In this document: in pieces, positions 23,391 to 36,545 of the stretch | Position numbering within the stretch: position 1 is the stretch's first letter | Layout: every line of letters begins with the position of its first letter | The notes under the pieces: generated by a model | Databases searched by the model: none | Told to the model about the DNA's origin: nothing | What the model saw: the letters and a program-made list of their open reading frames with translations, nothing else | Position numbers and translations under genes: made by a program | Assembly (NCBI RefSeq): GCF_965363235.1 | Contig: NC_134847.1 | Coordinates: forward strand, 64,044,144-64,108,143 | Direction: 5' to 3' | Source of the DNA: Mytilus galloprovincialis | Lineage: Eukaryota | DNA length: 64,000 nucleotides

Positions 23391-23549
23391 CAGTGATATT
23401 TCAGCATTTACACTCTTGCTATTAGTAGAGAAAGCCTAAGTGTTGGAAGTAAGCTGCAAACCTTCAGCTAGGAAATGGGAATGGTAAATATATAGATATT
23501 TTAAGATGAGTCTTATGTTGTCAATTTAGATCCCTAATAATATATGTTT

Positions 23550-23705
23550 CAGTGGCGGATCCAGCCATTTTGAAAAGGGGGGGTTCCCAACCCAGGACAA
23601 AGGGGGGGGGGGGGTTCCAACTATATGTCCCCATTCAAATGCATTGATCGGCCAAAAAAAAGGGGAGGTTCCAACCCCTGGAACCCCCCCCTGGATCCGC
23701 CACTG
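23550..23705. mobile_element. 156-bp MITE with TIR CAGTGGCGGATCCAG and 5-bp TSD TGTTT (Transib-like MITE family, copy 1)
   Basis: 5' end cagtggcggatccagcc, 3' end ggctggatccgccactg. The perfect direct repeat tgttt lies at 23545-23549 and 23706-23710. The interior is G/C homopolymer-rich. Confidence 0.7.
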
Positions 23706-24432
23706 TGTTTAGGTATTTTTTGTTAGTTTGATAACTTATTCCTCCTGATGAGATATTGAATTTTATACATTGTATTGACATATGCATGACAGCTTTAGGA
23801 TAATTGATTGATATCCTGCCAATAGATACATTTATTTATTGAAGTAAAGTTGCAAACAACATACTTGGAAAATGACAACCCTCTTAGTTGGTACTTTTGG
23901 GATTACAAGGTCAAAATAGTTGCATTTTACAATTTCTCTTTGTATAGCCACCACCCTTTTATGATGCTGCATATATAGTAAATTCACATACTTTTCAGAC
24001 GACCAAATCCCAAAATTTTAGTGCTAGTTGGTACACCCCTTTTTTCAAAATCCTGAATCTGCTCCATGACTACAATAAGAGACTGCGTGTATTAGACTTT
24101 TAGTAAAGTTAAGTGCTCTTCATTTCACTTGCTATTGCTCCTTAATGCCATTGCTAAGCTAATTACCTGAAGGAATTACCAAATATAAAACCAAATACCT
24201 TAAAGTGGTATTTGCTGCTTCTATATATAAACTAAATATACAGTATAAGAGCAAAGACTGGTTGGATCAGAGTCAGAATAATATGTCTGCATAAGGTGAT
24301 AAGTCTACCTGCTGACTGTTATCTTGTAAACAAGCACTTTAAGATCTGCCTCAGCAGGTTGGTCTAGAACAGTGCAGGAAATCAAGTCACATTGTATAAA
24401 TGTGTCCTCGTCCTGTATAATATGCCTTTAAC

Positions 24433-24830
24433 TTGCTGCTGGACATTAAAACCATTACATTGTCTTCATGCCATCATATCCATATTGGAATTAAAGCTGA
24501 AGACAGAAAGTGTAAGCTATGTAAGAACGCAGTTGAAGACGAACTACATTTTCTTTTAAAATGTCCTGTTCTAAAAGATACTAGATCTCAACATCTATCT
24601 AATTTAAATTCAAAATTCAAAAATTTTTCAAGATTATCTGATGAAATGAAATTTGTTTGGATTCTTTCATCTGAAGATTTGTTTGTTACTTCAAACTTAT
24701 CTAATTTATTGCACTCCCTTTTTGAAGAACGAAAGAAAATTATAGAAAATATTGTTGTTTGAAAAAGAAAAAAAAAATAGAAGAAAAAATATTTATAGAT
24801 ATATATATATATATATATAGGAAATAAAAT
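24433..24830 (+). mobile_element. 5'-truncated non-LTR retrotransposon (LINE) 3' end: ORF2 C-terminal CCHC-like motif plus A-rich/(TA)n tail
   Basis: The ORF contains CKLCKNAVEDELHFLLKCPVLKDTR, the CxxC...HhhxxCP motif found at the C-terminus of LINE ORF2 proteins. It terminates at 24762 and is followed by aaaaagaaaaaaaaaatagaagaaaaaa and (TA)10 at 24800-24820. No RT domain is present upstream. Confidence 0.5.
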
Positions 24831-25701
24831 TGATCAGGAGTTGTCTCCCATAGACCTAGAACTATAAAGATTTATGTAATTTCTCCAGGTCACAGTGGCA
24901 CCCATAACTATGTTTGTCAATAACTTGATTTATATCAGGTTAATTAGTGTAAATGTGTATTCATGTGTTTTTTTTGTTTAAATGTACTTTAATCATTCTA
25001 ATCATTTTCTGTGCTTTATTTTGTAATTCATTTGATTGTATAGCTCAAATTTTGGGCACCATGATTGGTTAATAAAATTATCTTATCTTATCTTATCCTG
25101 GCCATTTTACCAATGTTCAAACCTAATAAATTAGTTAAAAGCAATTCTATTCACTATTTCAATCTTTCTTAACATATACATTTTAAATTTTTTTGCAATC
25201 CCTGTTTGTTTTTTTGTGTGTTTCATGTTGCTCTAGTTTGAATGTACCACAGTAGTGTTTTGTGGACTTGTTTGTCTTTTTCTATTTTTTTGTCATGTCA
25301 GTTTCTCTTCAGCATATTGAATTTTGTTGTGGTATCTTCTGTCGCTTTTTTTGTTTTTATTCTTTTCTTTAATAAGATTGATCAATGTGGGATTATGATT
25401 ATAGTAAAAGTTTTATACCCAAACAAACAGATCATAGACAAGATTTTGGTGGCACCATAAATGATATCTACCTCTTCTCTCGGTTGAGTTTTTGAAACCT
25501 TCCAATTTTTACAGTGTTTTCTTTCTGGTTAATTGACTTTTACCAATTATCTTGTGGCATTGTATATATGTTGATAACATGCTACTGATTTCTATTGATG
25601 TAATATTTGCAGAGTTCAAATGATGTGGATATGGCTGAGTACAAGTTTCCTGTCATCAACTAATTAAGAAATAATTCATGGAAGCCATAGATTTGTTGGA
25701 A

Positions 25702-26286
25702 AGGAGTAGGTTCAGTAAGACCCCTTTTTGGCCCCAAAATATACCAGTTTTACAAAATTGTTAAAATGTAAAACTTTAGTTATTTATTGGACAGTAGAAT
25801 GCTTCTGCTACATAAATATGGGCTGTTTTTTACAATACAATGCACATATATCCGGTACTAGCACCATTAAGTCATGCTAAATTACTGAAATCCTCATAAT
25901 TCTAGCATTTTAGTTAAATTTTAGACGGTTTTCGTGTAAAACGAAAGTGGCCGCATTCGTGTTCATCCTTAATATTGAAATGTAAGTTGTATTTTATGAT
26001 AATACATAACATATATAAAGGTTGAGGATGAACACGGATGCGGCCACTTTCATTTTTACCAAAAACCATCTGAAAAGTGACATTTTTCGGCATATTATGT
26101 AGATTTTTCATATTTGAGCTTGAATCGGATCGTTTTTAATGACTAAATCTGTTAAAATCTTTTACATAAACTAATTAATTCAAATAAAATAGACACTTAA
26201 GTGTTTAAAAAGTGGTCAAAATCTTTCGTCAGATGAACCTGAAATTTGAGGCCAAAATCGGTCCTTACCGGACCTACTCCTTTACA
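25702..26286 (+). mobile_element. ~585-bp non-autonomous TIR element (TIR aaaggagtaggttcagtaagacc) with an internal 26-bp-arm hairpin; copy 1, nested in a small palindromic MITE
   Basis: Ends aaaggagtaggttcagtaagaccc and ggtccttaccggacctactccttt. The internal inverted repeat gaaagtggccgcattcgtgttcatcc / ggatgaacacggatgcggccactttc lies at 25940-26065. It is flanked by an outer inverted repeat aattcatggaagccatagatttgttg (25674-25699 and 26379-26404) and a 31-bp-arm hairpin at 26281-26376, i.e. it is inserted into another small foldback element. Confidence 0.65.
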
Positions 26287-26376
26287 CATGGCCTGGGCCG
26301 TGATATTCGAATTTTATCCTGAGCGTTAGCGAGGGATAAAATTAACGAATATCACGGCCCAGGCCATGTGTAAATT
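26281..26376. repeat. Foldback: 31-bp perfect inverted arms ttacacatggcctgggccgtgatattcgaat with a partly palindromic 30-bp spacer
   Basis: tttacacatggcctgggccgtgatattcgaatt ... aacgaatatcacggcccaggccatgtgtaaattt. Confidence 0.8.
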
Positions 26377-26599
26377 TACAACAAATCTATGGCTTCCATG
26401 AATTATTTCGATTCTAATAGGACAAATACGACCATTAAAAAACTGAAACGATGATGGGTATACCTTGTGTGTGGCTGTTCTATTTTACCCACTGTTCGAT
26501 AAATGTAAAACAAATCTAATAAACCTGCATGAATGATTTCTTAACTAACCGCTAGAAAAAAAATGTGATTACTTTTTTTACTTCTCAGTAAACCCAACA

Positions 26600-27130
26600 T
26601 TTGCAATTTTAAATCTACATTTTTTATCGTAAGCTACCGTCAAATTCACTGTTGACATGTTGTAACCAAGGAGCCGCCATGTTGACTTTCTGAAATCAGT
26701 AAATGTGCGAATAATGCAATAGAACAGAAAACAAGCAACACCTACCTCAATACTTTATTTTAATGCAATTGTTTCCGAGTTTAGAAGGTAAACGCAGTAG
26801 AAAAACCTTCAGCTTTGACGTTTTCATTCGTATGACGTCATGTTTTTAAATGACGTTAATGCGCAAAAGTCATTACTGGAATTTCGCGGAATTTTAATTT
26901 ATTTTGTTTTTGTCCATTTTTCCGTTCTCTAATGTTTTAATTCTTTTTTGTTATGCATCAGAATCAGAATAAATGTTCTGTAGGGTTTTATTCAAGTGTA
27001 ATTGTTAACACTGCGAAATCCACAACCGTTTACACATAGGTTACGATACATGTGGATTTACGTGGGAGGCATATTTAAACAGCCATTTGTGTACATCTTG
27101 GAGTCTGCGCTAAGCATGGATATATCGAGA
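26600..27130. promoter_or_regulatory. Locally GC- and CpG-enriched island with a CRE palindrome TGACGTCA (26834-26841) and two TGACGTT half-sites; candidate promoter/enhancer of an unidentified gene
   Basis: gacgttttcattcgtatgacgtcatgtttttaaatgacgttaatgcgcaaaag. ccaaggagccgccatgttgac at 26659 is related to the satellite-unit core. No adjacent exon was identified. Confidence 0.25.
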
Positions 27131-30100
27131 ATTTTATCACGGTGTTTACAAAGCGAAAGAAGCACGTCATATTAGAATTTGCAACTACATGTGTTCTTAT
27201 CTTGATGAATATGCATGAAATATTTGCAACTGGACATGTAATCAACCAAATTTTAATAAATCAATCAAAGCCATGGTTATTCAATGAAGCAAAATAAAAG
27301 TAGGTTTTTTTAACATTTGATTCATGTTGTATTAAAAATAATATGAAAAGCAACAAATTTTCTAATAAAATTCACAAGATATGAAGTTATTAATCATATA
27401 TATAAGAACTTGCATAACATCATACTGCCATGAGGAGGAGTAGATTTTTTGTAGAGATTTAAATCACTTTATAAATCAGAAAAGCCATTAAACTTGTGAA
27501 AATAGCAAAATAAAATGAATACAGATTTGTTTTACAGTTTTGCACATGTGTATAGTGAAAGCTGGAATGAGTTTTAGTGAAGAGCATCTCAAATGATCTT
27601 TACTGTCAGTTGTTAAAGAGATGACTCATCTAAATCTGTACATTAGAAAAACGATGCCAGTGGTTTTTTGAATGGCAAGATCTGCTGCAGAATGGAATTT
27701 GAAATCCTGCAACTAATTAGCATAAGGTATGTGTGTATGAATTATTGAAAATGCATGTATTATAATAGATGTAGTGAATTAATTGGATTAATAGTTCTTG
27801 AATACTATATTGCAGCATAGCTATTAATGCTATTTACACATTCTGACAGTGCATGCATGGTGATTGTTATTGCATAAACAGGAAAGATTTTATTTTAAAA
27901 GTGACCTATATAGGGAATTTTGTTTACACAACAGTAAAGCATTAAATAGATTCAGAAACATTCTCATTGAAGCTTTAAGATTTATAATTTCCTGCCACAT
28001 TATTATTAGATATTTCCTTCTATTTCTTATAGAAGAACATAGTTATTTTTTTTTCTGGTTTTCTTACCAAGTTTGAAATAAATAAACTGTTCTAACATTA
28101 GAAGATCACTGTAAAATCTCTAGTGTAAAACATATAAACTGTTCATATTAGAAATTAGCTATTCTGTTCTGATATTAATGTACTGTAAAAATATAAGTGA
28201 ACCAACACCTGAAGTGGTGATTGTGCGGTAGGGTAAAAACGAGTGGATACCGCTAGGTATTCACAGTCATCTTGAAAAAAATGAAAATGTCGACAATAAA
28301 GATGATGCCTATCTTCTAGGCGAAACATGTAGACCCAATAAACAGATACTATGCGGTAAAAACATGAGTGTTGTTGTATTTATTGTCGACATTAATTACG
28401 TACTGTAGTAAAAGAGAAAAGATCACGCTCACCTGGATCAAGGTTATATGAGTAATTTGGGTTTTGTTACCTGTAACTTTTTTCAAATTTCTTTTTTAGC
28501 TCACTGGTCTAAAAGGCAATGTGAACTTTAGCAACCACTTGGCTTCTGATGCTGTTTTCCATCCATCGTTGTTAAGGTAAAGTACTGAAAGGCATTGTAG
28601 AATGTAAAAATAAATAAGTGAGGTATGATTGCCAATGAAACAAATTTCGACCATAAATGGCATGAATGTAAGCAGCTATAGGCTTTAAAGCCTGCAAATT
28701 GAGCATTACCTATGCTGTATAACTATAAGAACCTTGAACATGAAAGAATATGAAACAATTCAAATAAGAAAACTTATTCTGATTTACTGAAAAACAATAA
28801 AAGAAAATCAAGCAGACAGCAACCTGAATGACAACCATTGAATAACATGCTACTGACTTGGGACAGCTTCATGAAGAAATATTGGGTGTTAACACAGGTT
28901 TGTGAGGGTTCCAACTCCACAACCTTTTTAAGACTGCCTATTATTTTGCAGCTTTGATTTAATTGAGAAAAAAAACTGCAAATTAGTCAGTGTCCACAAT
29001 CAAAATCAAATGTTGAATCCCCTTAAATCCAATAAAGTAGGAATGAATTGTGAATCTGAAAAGTATTGGGTAAACCCTACATGTTTAGATTTAGATTTAT
29101 TTCAAAGATGACCTTCATCAGACATTGTACCGTGAAATTTATGACACTAGAGATATGCATTTTTATTCAATGACCATAAAAGTTGATAATTTTACTTTAA
29201 ACAAAATTCACTGAAGCTGAAACTAAACTATCTTCTTGTAATTTGATGAACAGTAAACATTTAAGGCATCAATACATTGTAAATTTATCGTAATATGACC
29301 CTGACTTTACTGAATAACTAAAATATTTGTCTTAGTATCATATTTCACATTGATAAACTACACGGATAACACTTTAGATGTCTCTTTATCAAATTTTGTG
29401 AACAATGTATATTTTTCGGCCCAATTAAATTTGAATATGATGATACTTGATAGTGTCTTTTGGTCGGCTGGGTAGATGGCTGATAAGGATTAAGAGTAGC
29501 TTCATTGAAAAGTATGCTCTCAAAAATATTGATAATTGTCTCAACGCATATGACATTTAACATTGTTGATATCCGGTTTTATATATCAATATCTTTAAGG
29601 TTACATTGTATTGTAATTACAAAGGTATGTAAGTTCTTTTGGAGTTTTACAGGAGTTGACATTTATAGAAGTAATAGGGATAGTCATAAATTCTAAAAAA
29701 AGTATGTCTATATATTTTTTTAATATGGTACAATAAATAAACGCCTTCCTACTTTGTTTAGCGTTGTTAAGACAGAGGGTCACAATGGTTATTATGTCTG
29801 TTCATTCATTTTGTCTTCCATCCAGGTTTTTTTTTATCCATAATTTGTCCTTAAATAGCTTATCTTTTCCTAGTCACAAATGTCTTCCATTATTAATTGG
29901 AATTAAACTTGTCTGATAAATTTGATAAAAATGTTCATTTAGCTATTGATTAATTAAAGTATAAAAAGATTTAGTAAATATCAACTATTAGCATAGACAA
30001 ACTTGTTGCCTTGTATGAATTTAAACCTTTTTTTGGTTACACAAATCCCAAACCCTGAATAAAAGTGAAACTACCTAATTAAGAGTCACTTATCCTATGT

Positions 30101-30289
30101 TTACCATAGGCCATTTTATTTGCTTTGTAGTTAAAAAAAGAACCACTGTATACATGTTTTCCAGGTGCGGGAATTTCTCGCTACATTGAAGACCTATTGG
30201 TGACATTTTGCTGTTGTTTTTTCTATGGTCGGGTTGTTGTCTCTTTGACACATTCCCCGTTTCCATTCTCAATTGTATTAATATGTTTA

Positions 30290-30660
30290 TATTATATTTA
30301 TGCCCATTTTTATGCCCAATTTATGGGCATTATGTTTTTCTGTCTATTGGTCTGTTTGTGCGCCCGTTCGTCCATATGTCTATTCTATCATCTGTCCGTC
30401 CGTTCGTACATTCATTTGTCCATCCATCTGTCCTGCTTCAGGTTAAAGTTATGGTTAAAGTTTTTGGTCAAGGTAGTTTTTGATGAAGTTAAAGTCCAAT
30501 CAACTTGAAACTTAGTTCACATGTTCTCTTTTATATGATCTTTCTAATTTTAATGTTAAATTAGAGTTTTGAATCGAATTTTACAGTCCACTGAAAACAG
30601 AAAATGATAGTGCGAGTGGGGCATCATTGTACTATGGACACATTCTTGTTTTTGCCTAAG
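30290..30660 (+). mobile_element. MITE-like element, same family as 480-745, intact copy
   Basis: It begins tttatgcccaatttatgggcattatg (a hairpin), has a cgtccgtccgttcgt-rich region and ends gatagtgcgagtggggcatc. Aligns to the other copies. Confidence 0.65.
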
Positions 30661-31099
30661 AAGGCGATCCATATTGCCTATGTATATGGTTGATATTGTG
30701 AAAAAATAATGACAAAAGTTTCAATGAGTATTTTAATGTTGATATTATTGAAATTATTGATATTAAAGATATACACAATAAAATAACAAAAGATTAATGC
30801 ATTAAGCATATTAAAAAAACACCCCCCCCCCCCCCCCCCAAAAAAAAAAAAACCTGTATAATATTACATGAAGAGGTGACGACCTTAAGAATATTCCTTT
30901 TAAGTTTTTACAACTTGAAAGAGATTTTAATAGATATACTCATGCATTAATTATTATAATTCATGGTTGAAAGATTTTTCCTACAGTATGATCTTTGATT
31001 TAAATGTCCTTGGTACATTTAAAAGTAAATATAAAATTGAATATTTAATGTTTACAGCTTTCTTTACACTTTTAGGGTAGGTCTTCTTCTATTGAATAT

Positions 31100-31750
31100 T
31101 ATATATAGAGTTAACGGCTTTGAAATGGATTCTACTATTTTCCAGCTTTCTTGATACTTTGATAGTAGCTGTAGAATTTCTTCTGTTAGATACAACTTGT
31201 TCTGTTTACAGCTTTGGTAGATTTTATCATGGTCAGCTTTCATTGAATTTTGTTAATCCCTCTTTTATTTATAGTCCTCACAAGACTGTGTTCTGTTTAC
31301 AGCTTTCACTGTATGTGTGAGTCTTCATCTGTTTGAAGATTTCACTGTATTGTGATATGTATTCTTTTATGTTTTAGCTGTACTTGGGTGTAGGTTCTCA
31401 TGTTTTCAGCATTTACTTTACTTTGGTAGGTCTTCTGGTTTTAGCTTTCACTTTACATGAGTAGTGGGTCCTCTGGCTTTCAGCTTTCACTTTACTTAAG
31501 AAGGTCCTGAGGTTTCTAGCTTTTACTATACTATGATAGATCTTCCAGTTTTAGCTTTCACTTTAGTGGGGTAAAGGTCCTTCTGTTTTCAGCTTTCACT
31601 TTACTGTGGTAAGGTCCTTCTGTTTTTAGCTTTCATTTTACTTGCATATAGGTCCTTCTGTTTTTAGCATTTAATTTTCTTTCTTTGGTACTGTTTTCAG
31701 CTTTTATGCCACTTTGGTAAATTCTTCTGTTGTATAGATTTATGTTACTT
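31100..31750. repeat. Degenerate minisatellite, ~38-bp unit (ggtccttctgttttcagctttcactttact), ~17 units
   Basis: agctttcac(t/a)tta recurs with a 36-40 bp period. Confidence 0.7.
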
Positions 31751-34139
31751 TGTTAAGTATTATATTGCTTTCACAGTATTTAGAAAGAGTTTCTTCTGTA
31801 CAAATTCTATGATATTTATTTTTAAGCTTTCACTAACTATTGAAGTAAAACTATGTATATGGTGAAAAAATGCATGTTCTTCTTTAGCAGCTCTTTATAG
31901 TGACCCAGTGACTTATTATAGGAACCTTTATTAAAAGGGAGATAACTCTTACTTAACTTGAGGTACAAAAATAGATAAATTGGAATAGGCATAAAATGAA
32001 AAGTTATGATGAAGTAAGATATGGATCTTTAAACATCTAAAAGACTTGATATTCCTCAAACTATAAAAACCTTAAAAGATTTTGAGCTAGAAATCCAAAG
32101 CTATATTCCACTACAATAATCAAGCAATCTACCAAAGGGAAATATTAAAATTATAGGTTTATTTATGGAAGCTAGTCACCAGAACCTGTTTCAATATAGC
32201 AATATTATTTTTACACTTACAATATATTAATTAGCTCTTGATAAATAATGATTGTGGTTAACACAATAAATTAATTATGCACATATATATTTTGCAGTTT
32301 GTTTTCATCAGCAGTAGATGGAACAGAATTGGCAGGATCATGGTAACTATGGCAGAAACGTGTTACAAAAAATGTCTAAAATTAAGTAATGTTCTCTACA
32401 TAGCGAGGAAAATAGGTTTATCGACAATTATCTTTAAACTGATGATTTGTTATGCAAAGGATACAGGTATATTAGTCTTCTGTGCGAGTGCAAAGCAGAG
32501 CAATAAATTGTAAAAGCAATGTCTTATATAATCTTATTACTAATTGCAGAAGATGTATTGGCATGATCATGCATTCATATATATCGGTTAGGAGAACAAT
32601 ATATCAATTCATGATCTAATTTCATTTTAACAAGTAAATATGAGTGATGTATTAAAATGAAGTATTAGTTTTAATATTGTATTACAATCAGATATTTATA
32701 TTTCTGTTGTTTACTATATGATAAATGTTAACGACTAGTCACTGATAATTTAGATTTTACTGTAGATTTATATACTACAGGCTATTCGTAAATAATAGCT
32801 TCTTTAACTTGTGAGTCTATAATACTGTTACATTTACTTACTACAGGTAAACCACATTTTATGAATGAAACTGTAGCACCTGTCGAAAACTTATGTAATT
32901 AATGAAATCAACGACTCTTGATGTTCATTTGAATTTAATGGGATAATTTGTGGACTGGGGATTATACCATTGAGATATCTATATATTATCAGTCATCTGA
33001 GGTTGTTAAGATAGAATCTCTTAAAGGTAAGTGAAGTAATGGGGTGATTAAAATTTATTCTACATTTTCCCTGCATTCCTCTCCAGATCAAAATATATAT
33101 TGTTGATATTGAAGATTAAGTAGTCGGAGATTCTTCTTATGAATGAAACATTTTAAGTAATTTGAGATAAATAAAAGGATACAGACTTTTGAAGGAAAAA
33201 TGCATTAACAAATATTTTGTGATGGATGTACCCGGTAATGTTTAAATTTTTGCATGTGTATGTTTAATGTGATTTAGGTACAAAAAAGAAAGGGAATGAA
33301 TGGGTTGGATCTATTTCTTTACTGAAAGACATGTTTAAAATATCTTTGAATTTTGAAGAATTTTTGTTGTCTTTGAGGTAAGATTTGCAGGGAACACATT
33401 GTTTTATTTTGGGATTTCTTGTTAGATAGGTAAGATTACAAGATGTGCCTTTTCAGTGGAAAACTTACCACAACTTATTTTTATCTGGTAAAAAGAGAGA
33501 TTAGAAGGTTCCATAATCATAGGACACTATTCATTAACAAAATGTGTAATATTATTGAAATAATCAGACTATGATTTTCCTATGCTGTTATTGAGCAGTC
33601 AAACGGCAAGGGTGAAAGACATTATAAGATTAGCATTCATTTTATAGAAGATTAGATTAATAAATTAATAAAAGAATTAATAAATTCTTGCTACTAAACT
33701 ATAAAATCAAACATGATCTTTATTACGGCTGCCACAATCAACTTTTTTCTGCAACTGTTGACCATTTTTTTTTTTAATTCACTTGAAACTGGTCAGTCAA
33801 GATTGCTATCATAACTATTAGTGGAAAATACTTGAAAATATACATTTTGCATCTCATTATTTTTATTTTGATCTTTCTGATTTTATTAATTAGTAAATGT
33901 GGTTTATATGACTTAAGAAGCAACATGAACAAATTAGGTTCTTTAGTGCCCCTAATTTAATTAGTACTATAGAGCACTGATTCTAGAAAGAATTACAAAA
34001 TGTTTTGCAAGAATGCCTTTTAGAAATTTGTGCATATCATTACAAGTAAATGTAAATACACAACAATGGGTCATTTCATAATTTTTTATGATAGCTTTTG
34101 CACATAATGTACACCTTAAAAAATAAGGTGTTTCCGTTT

Positions 34140-36545
34140 ACAGCTGGTAAATACTACTCAGTCATTCCCAAAAAATGGGTACAATTCGAATGTAGACACT
34201 GTTAAAAAATAAATTTCAACTGAGCAGAGAGAGAGTGCTGTTTTCTTCTGTGTCTATATCTAGTCTGTCATTTTTTAAGTTTTTACTTACACCATTTTTG
34301 TTGTTTTCAAGTTTTAGCATTTTTTGTAAGACAAGGTAAGTATGAACGTATCGGAGGTTAGTGTTGTATAAAGTCATCTTAAAAATTGCATTAGAGAAAA
34401 ACACAAGATTTAAATCCAGGCTCATGTGAAATGGGTTACATTAACCACCATATCAAACTGATGTATACGTATTATTCTGTATATATTGAAAGCAAATACC
34501 AATTTTAAGGTCTGAATCAATATAGCGTTTAAAAAATAATTCAAATTAGTAGTTTTCACAACTTATTTAGTAATGAATTTGAACTAATGAAATGTTATGC
34601 TGTACAATATTTTAGTTTCATAATACAGCTTTCCATGAAAAACCCTATTATATATGTTTTGAATCACTTGTATGTATTTTTTATGCTTGTACTAATCCGC
34701 ACCCCCATCTTTGTTACGGAGGTTAATATCAAACCAGTATCTAAATGCTGATACAAAGTAACACTTAACTCTTTAATGCTAGCTTTTCTAAACAATTTAT
34801 TGACATTACAAACTAAAAAACTGTTTTCTATCAAGTTATATGTTTCTTTTAGTCAAATGGACTTGTTCTTGTCAAAATCTCCGTAACGATTCATGAACTT
34901 TCACTCAAAAATATGTTTTACCTAAACCGAATACTGTTCAACTTAATTTTATTAGCTCTATACATATAATGTCATCTTCCTTCACACTATAATGTATATA
35001 TTATACTCAACTATGAAGTTTTGGGGTCAAAATAATTTCATTTCGAAAATTTCTATCCTCCGTAACGACATTTAAAACCTCCATAACGGACAATTCCAGT
35101 TCTTACCAACAGCAAACATATAAATGAATGTAAATATTGGAAATAAATGACAAACAAGACAACAGAATTAAAAAAAATTCTTAGTAAATCCTTATCGAAA
35201 AAGAGTAAAGTCCTGTTAGAGAAAAAAACTTTTTTTTCCTTAAATTTCTATCCTCCGTAACGTAAATCAATGATATCGGTTATGATTTACATCACCTTTT
35301 GATATTTATTAGTGATAATTGATGGACTGATTTGGTATCTATAACAATGTACAAGAATTTCAATTGGTATGATCGTGTTTACATGCATGTTTAGATTTTT
35401 TTTAATTTGTATAACCTCCGTTACATTGATGAGTCCTAAATGATCTTGAAAATGTTTGCCATTAACCGCTGTTAAAGTTATGATTGTCGTCGTAATTACA
35501 CAAGTTGTGTTGTAGACTATTTTACATCTGAGAAAATGGCTGATATAACGTTTATTAAACGTTATAATGTTGCTCACTTAAAAGGAAAAAACAAGTTAAC
35601 CTACCTTTCTCAAAACAACATTTTTTTTTCTCAAAATCTGTATTTTGTTTGTCTGTTTCCTTTATAATAAATGCTGTCTGCTACAAAAATGACTTTCGGC
35701 AGTGTCAGCAGCCGCTGATACTGATAAAAAAGTCTGACAACTTAACTGTAAATAACTGCGTCACGGAGGTTATTCAAACGGAGGTTAGATTTATTTACAT
35801 TATACATGGAAATATGTAACAATATTGTTGAGTTGCTTTCTCAAAACTGATTATTGAGAAGCTTTATGGGTGATTTCAATGAAATAATCATCAAATTGAT
35901 TTGTTCTTGGTTAGTACGTTCCAAAATACGCGTTACGTAGGTTGGATTCTTATATGCGACAATCGAAAAAAAGAGAAAAAGAAGATTTTTTTTAATTTTT
36001 CGTTTCATTGCAATAAAAGTTAAAGGCAGGATTTTAAAATTTGATGTATCAACTTTGCTTAAAGTCACTTTGGGCATGATTTCCAATCATATAAATATGT
36101 TTTGACTGTACCTAAAGATACGTTACGGTAGGTTATACGTTTATCGGCGACATTGGTTTAATGGGTAAATCTAAGTGTATATTATAACTTTTGATTCTAA
36201 AATATTTTTGTGGATAAAAATCAATATAGTGTCAAATAAAAAAAGCAAATCTAATCATGATTTAGATGAAATAAAGTATTTTAATTCACACCGATATTTG
36301 GAGTTTTTCTTGGCGACATTCGGAATTCGTGTGATACCCGTATATTAAATAGAAAATCACACAAATATATTTAAGATATACATCACAAAAGAATATAATT
36401 TTATTTTAGTATACATATTAATCACTTAGAACACGAAAAAGATTATCTGTGACATATGTTAAGCTTGCATTTTGTGGTTATTTGCCGGCGACACTGTAAT
36501 TTTGTAATTGTACCCATTTTTTGGGAATGACTGTACTGTGCTATT
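34140..36545. mobile_element. ~2.4-kb non-autonomous TIR element with ~30-bp TIR cagtcattcccaaaaaatgggtacaatt and numerous internal tccgtaacg / cgttacgga subrepeats
   Basis: 34158-34185 tcagtcattcccaaaaaatgggtacaattcg matches the reverse complement of 36506-36535 gtacccattttttgggaatgactgtac. TACT flanks both ends (possible TSD). The ccgtaacg motif occurs more than 12 times in both orientations between 34130 and 36320. Internal ORFs are at most 96 aa with no recognisable domains. Confidence 0.6.

Noticed and set aside
27117-27176. Short ORF (MDISRILSRCLQSERSTSY) downstream of a TATTTAAA motif in the CpG-enriched island
   Set aside because: It is only 19 codons with no donor site and no homology. 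It is kept only as part of the candidate regulatory island.
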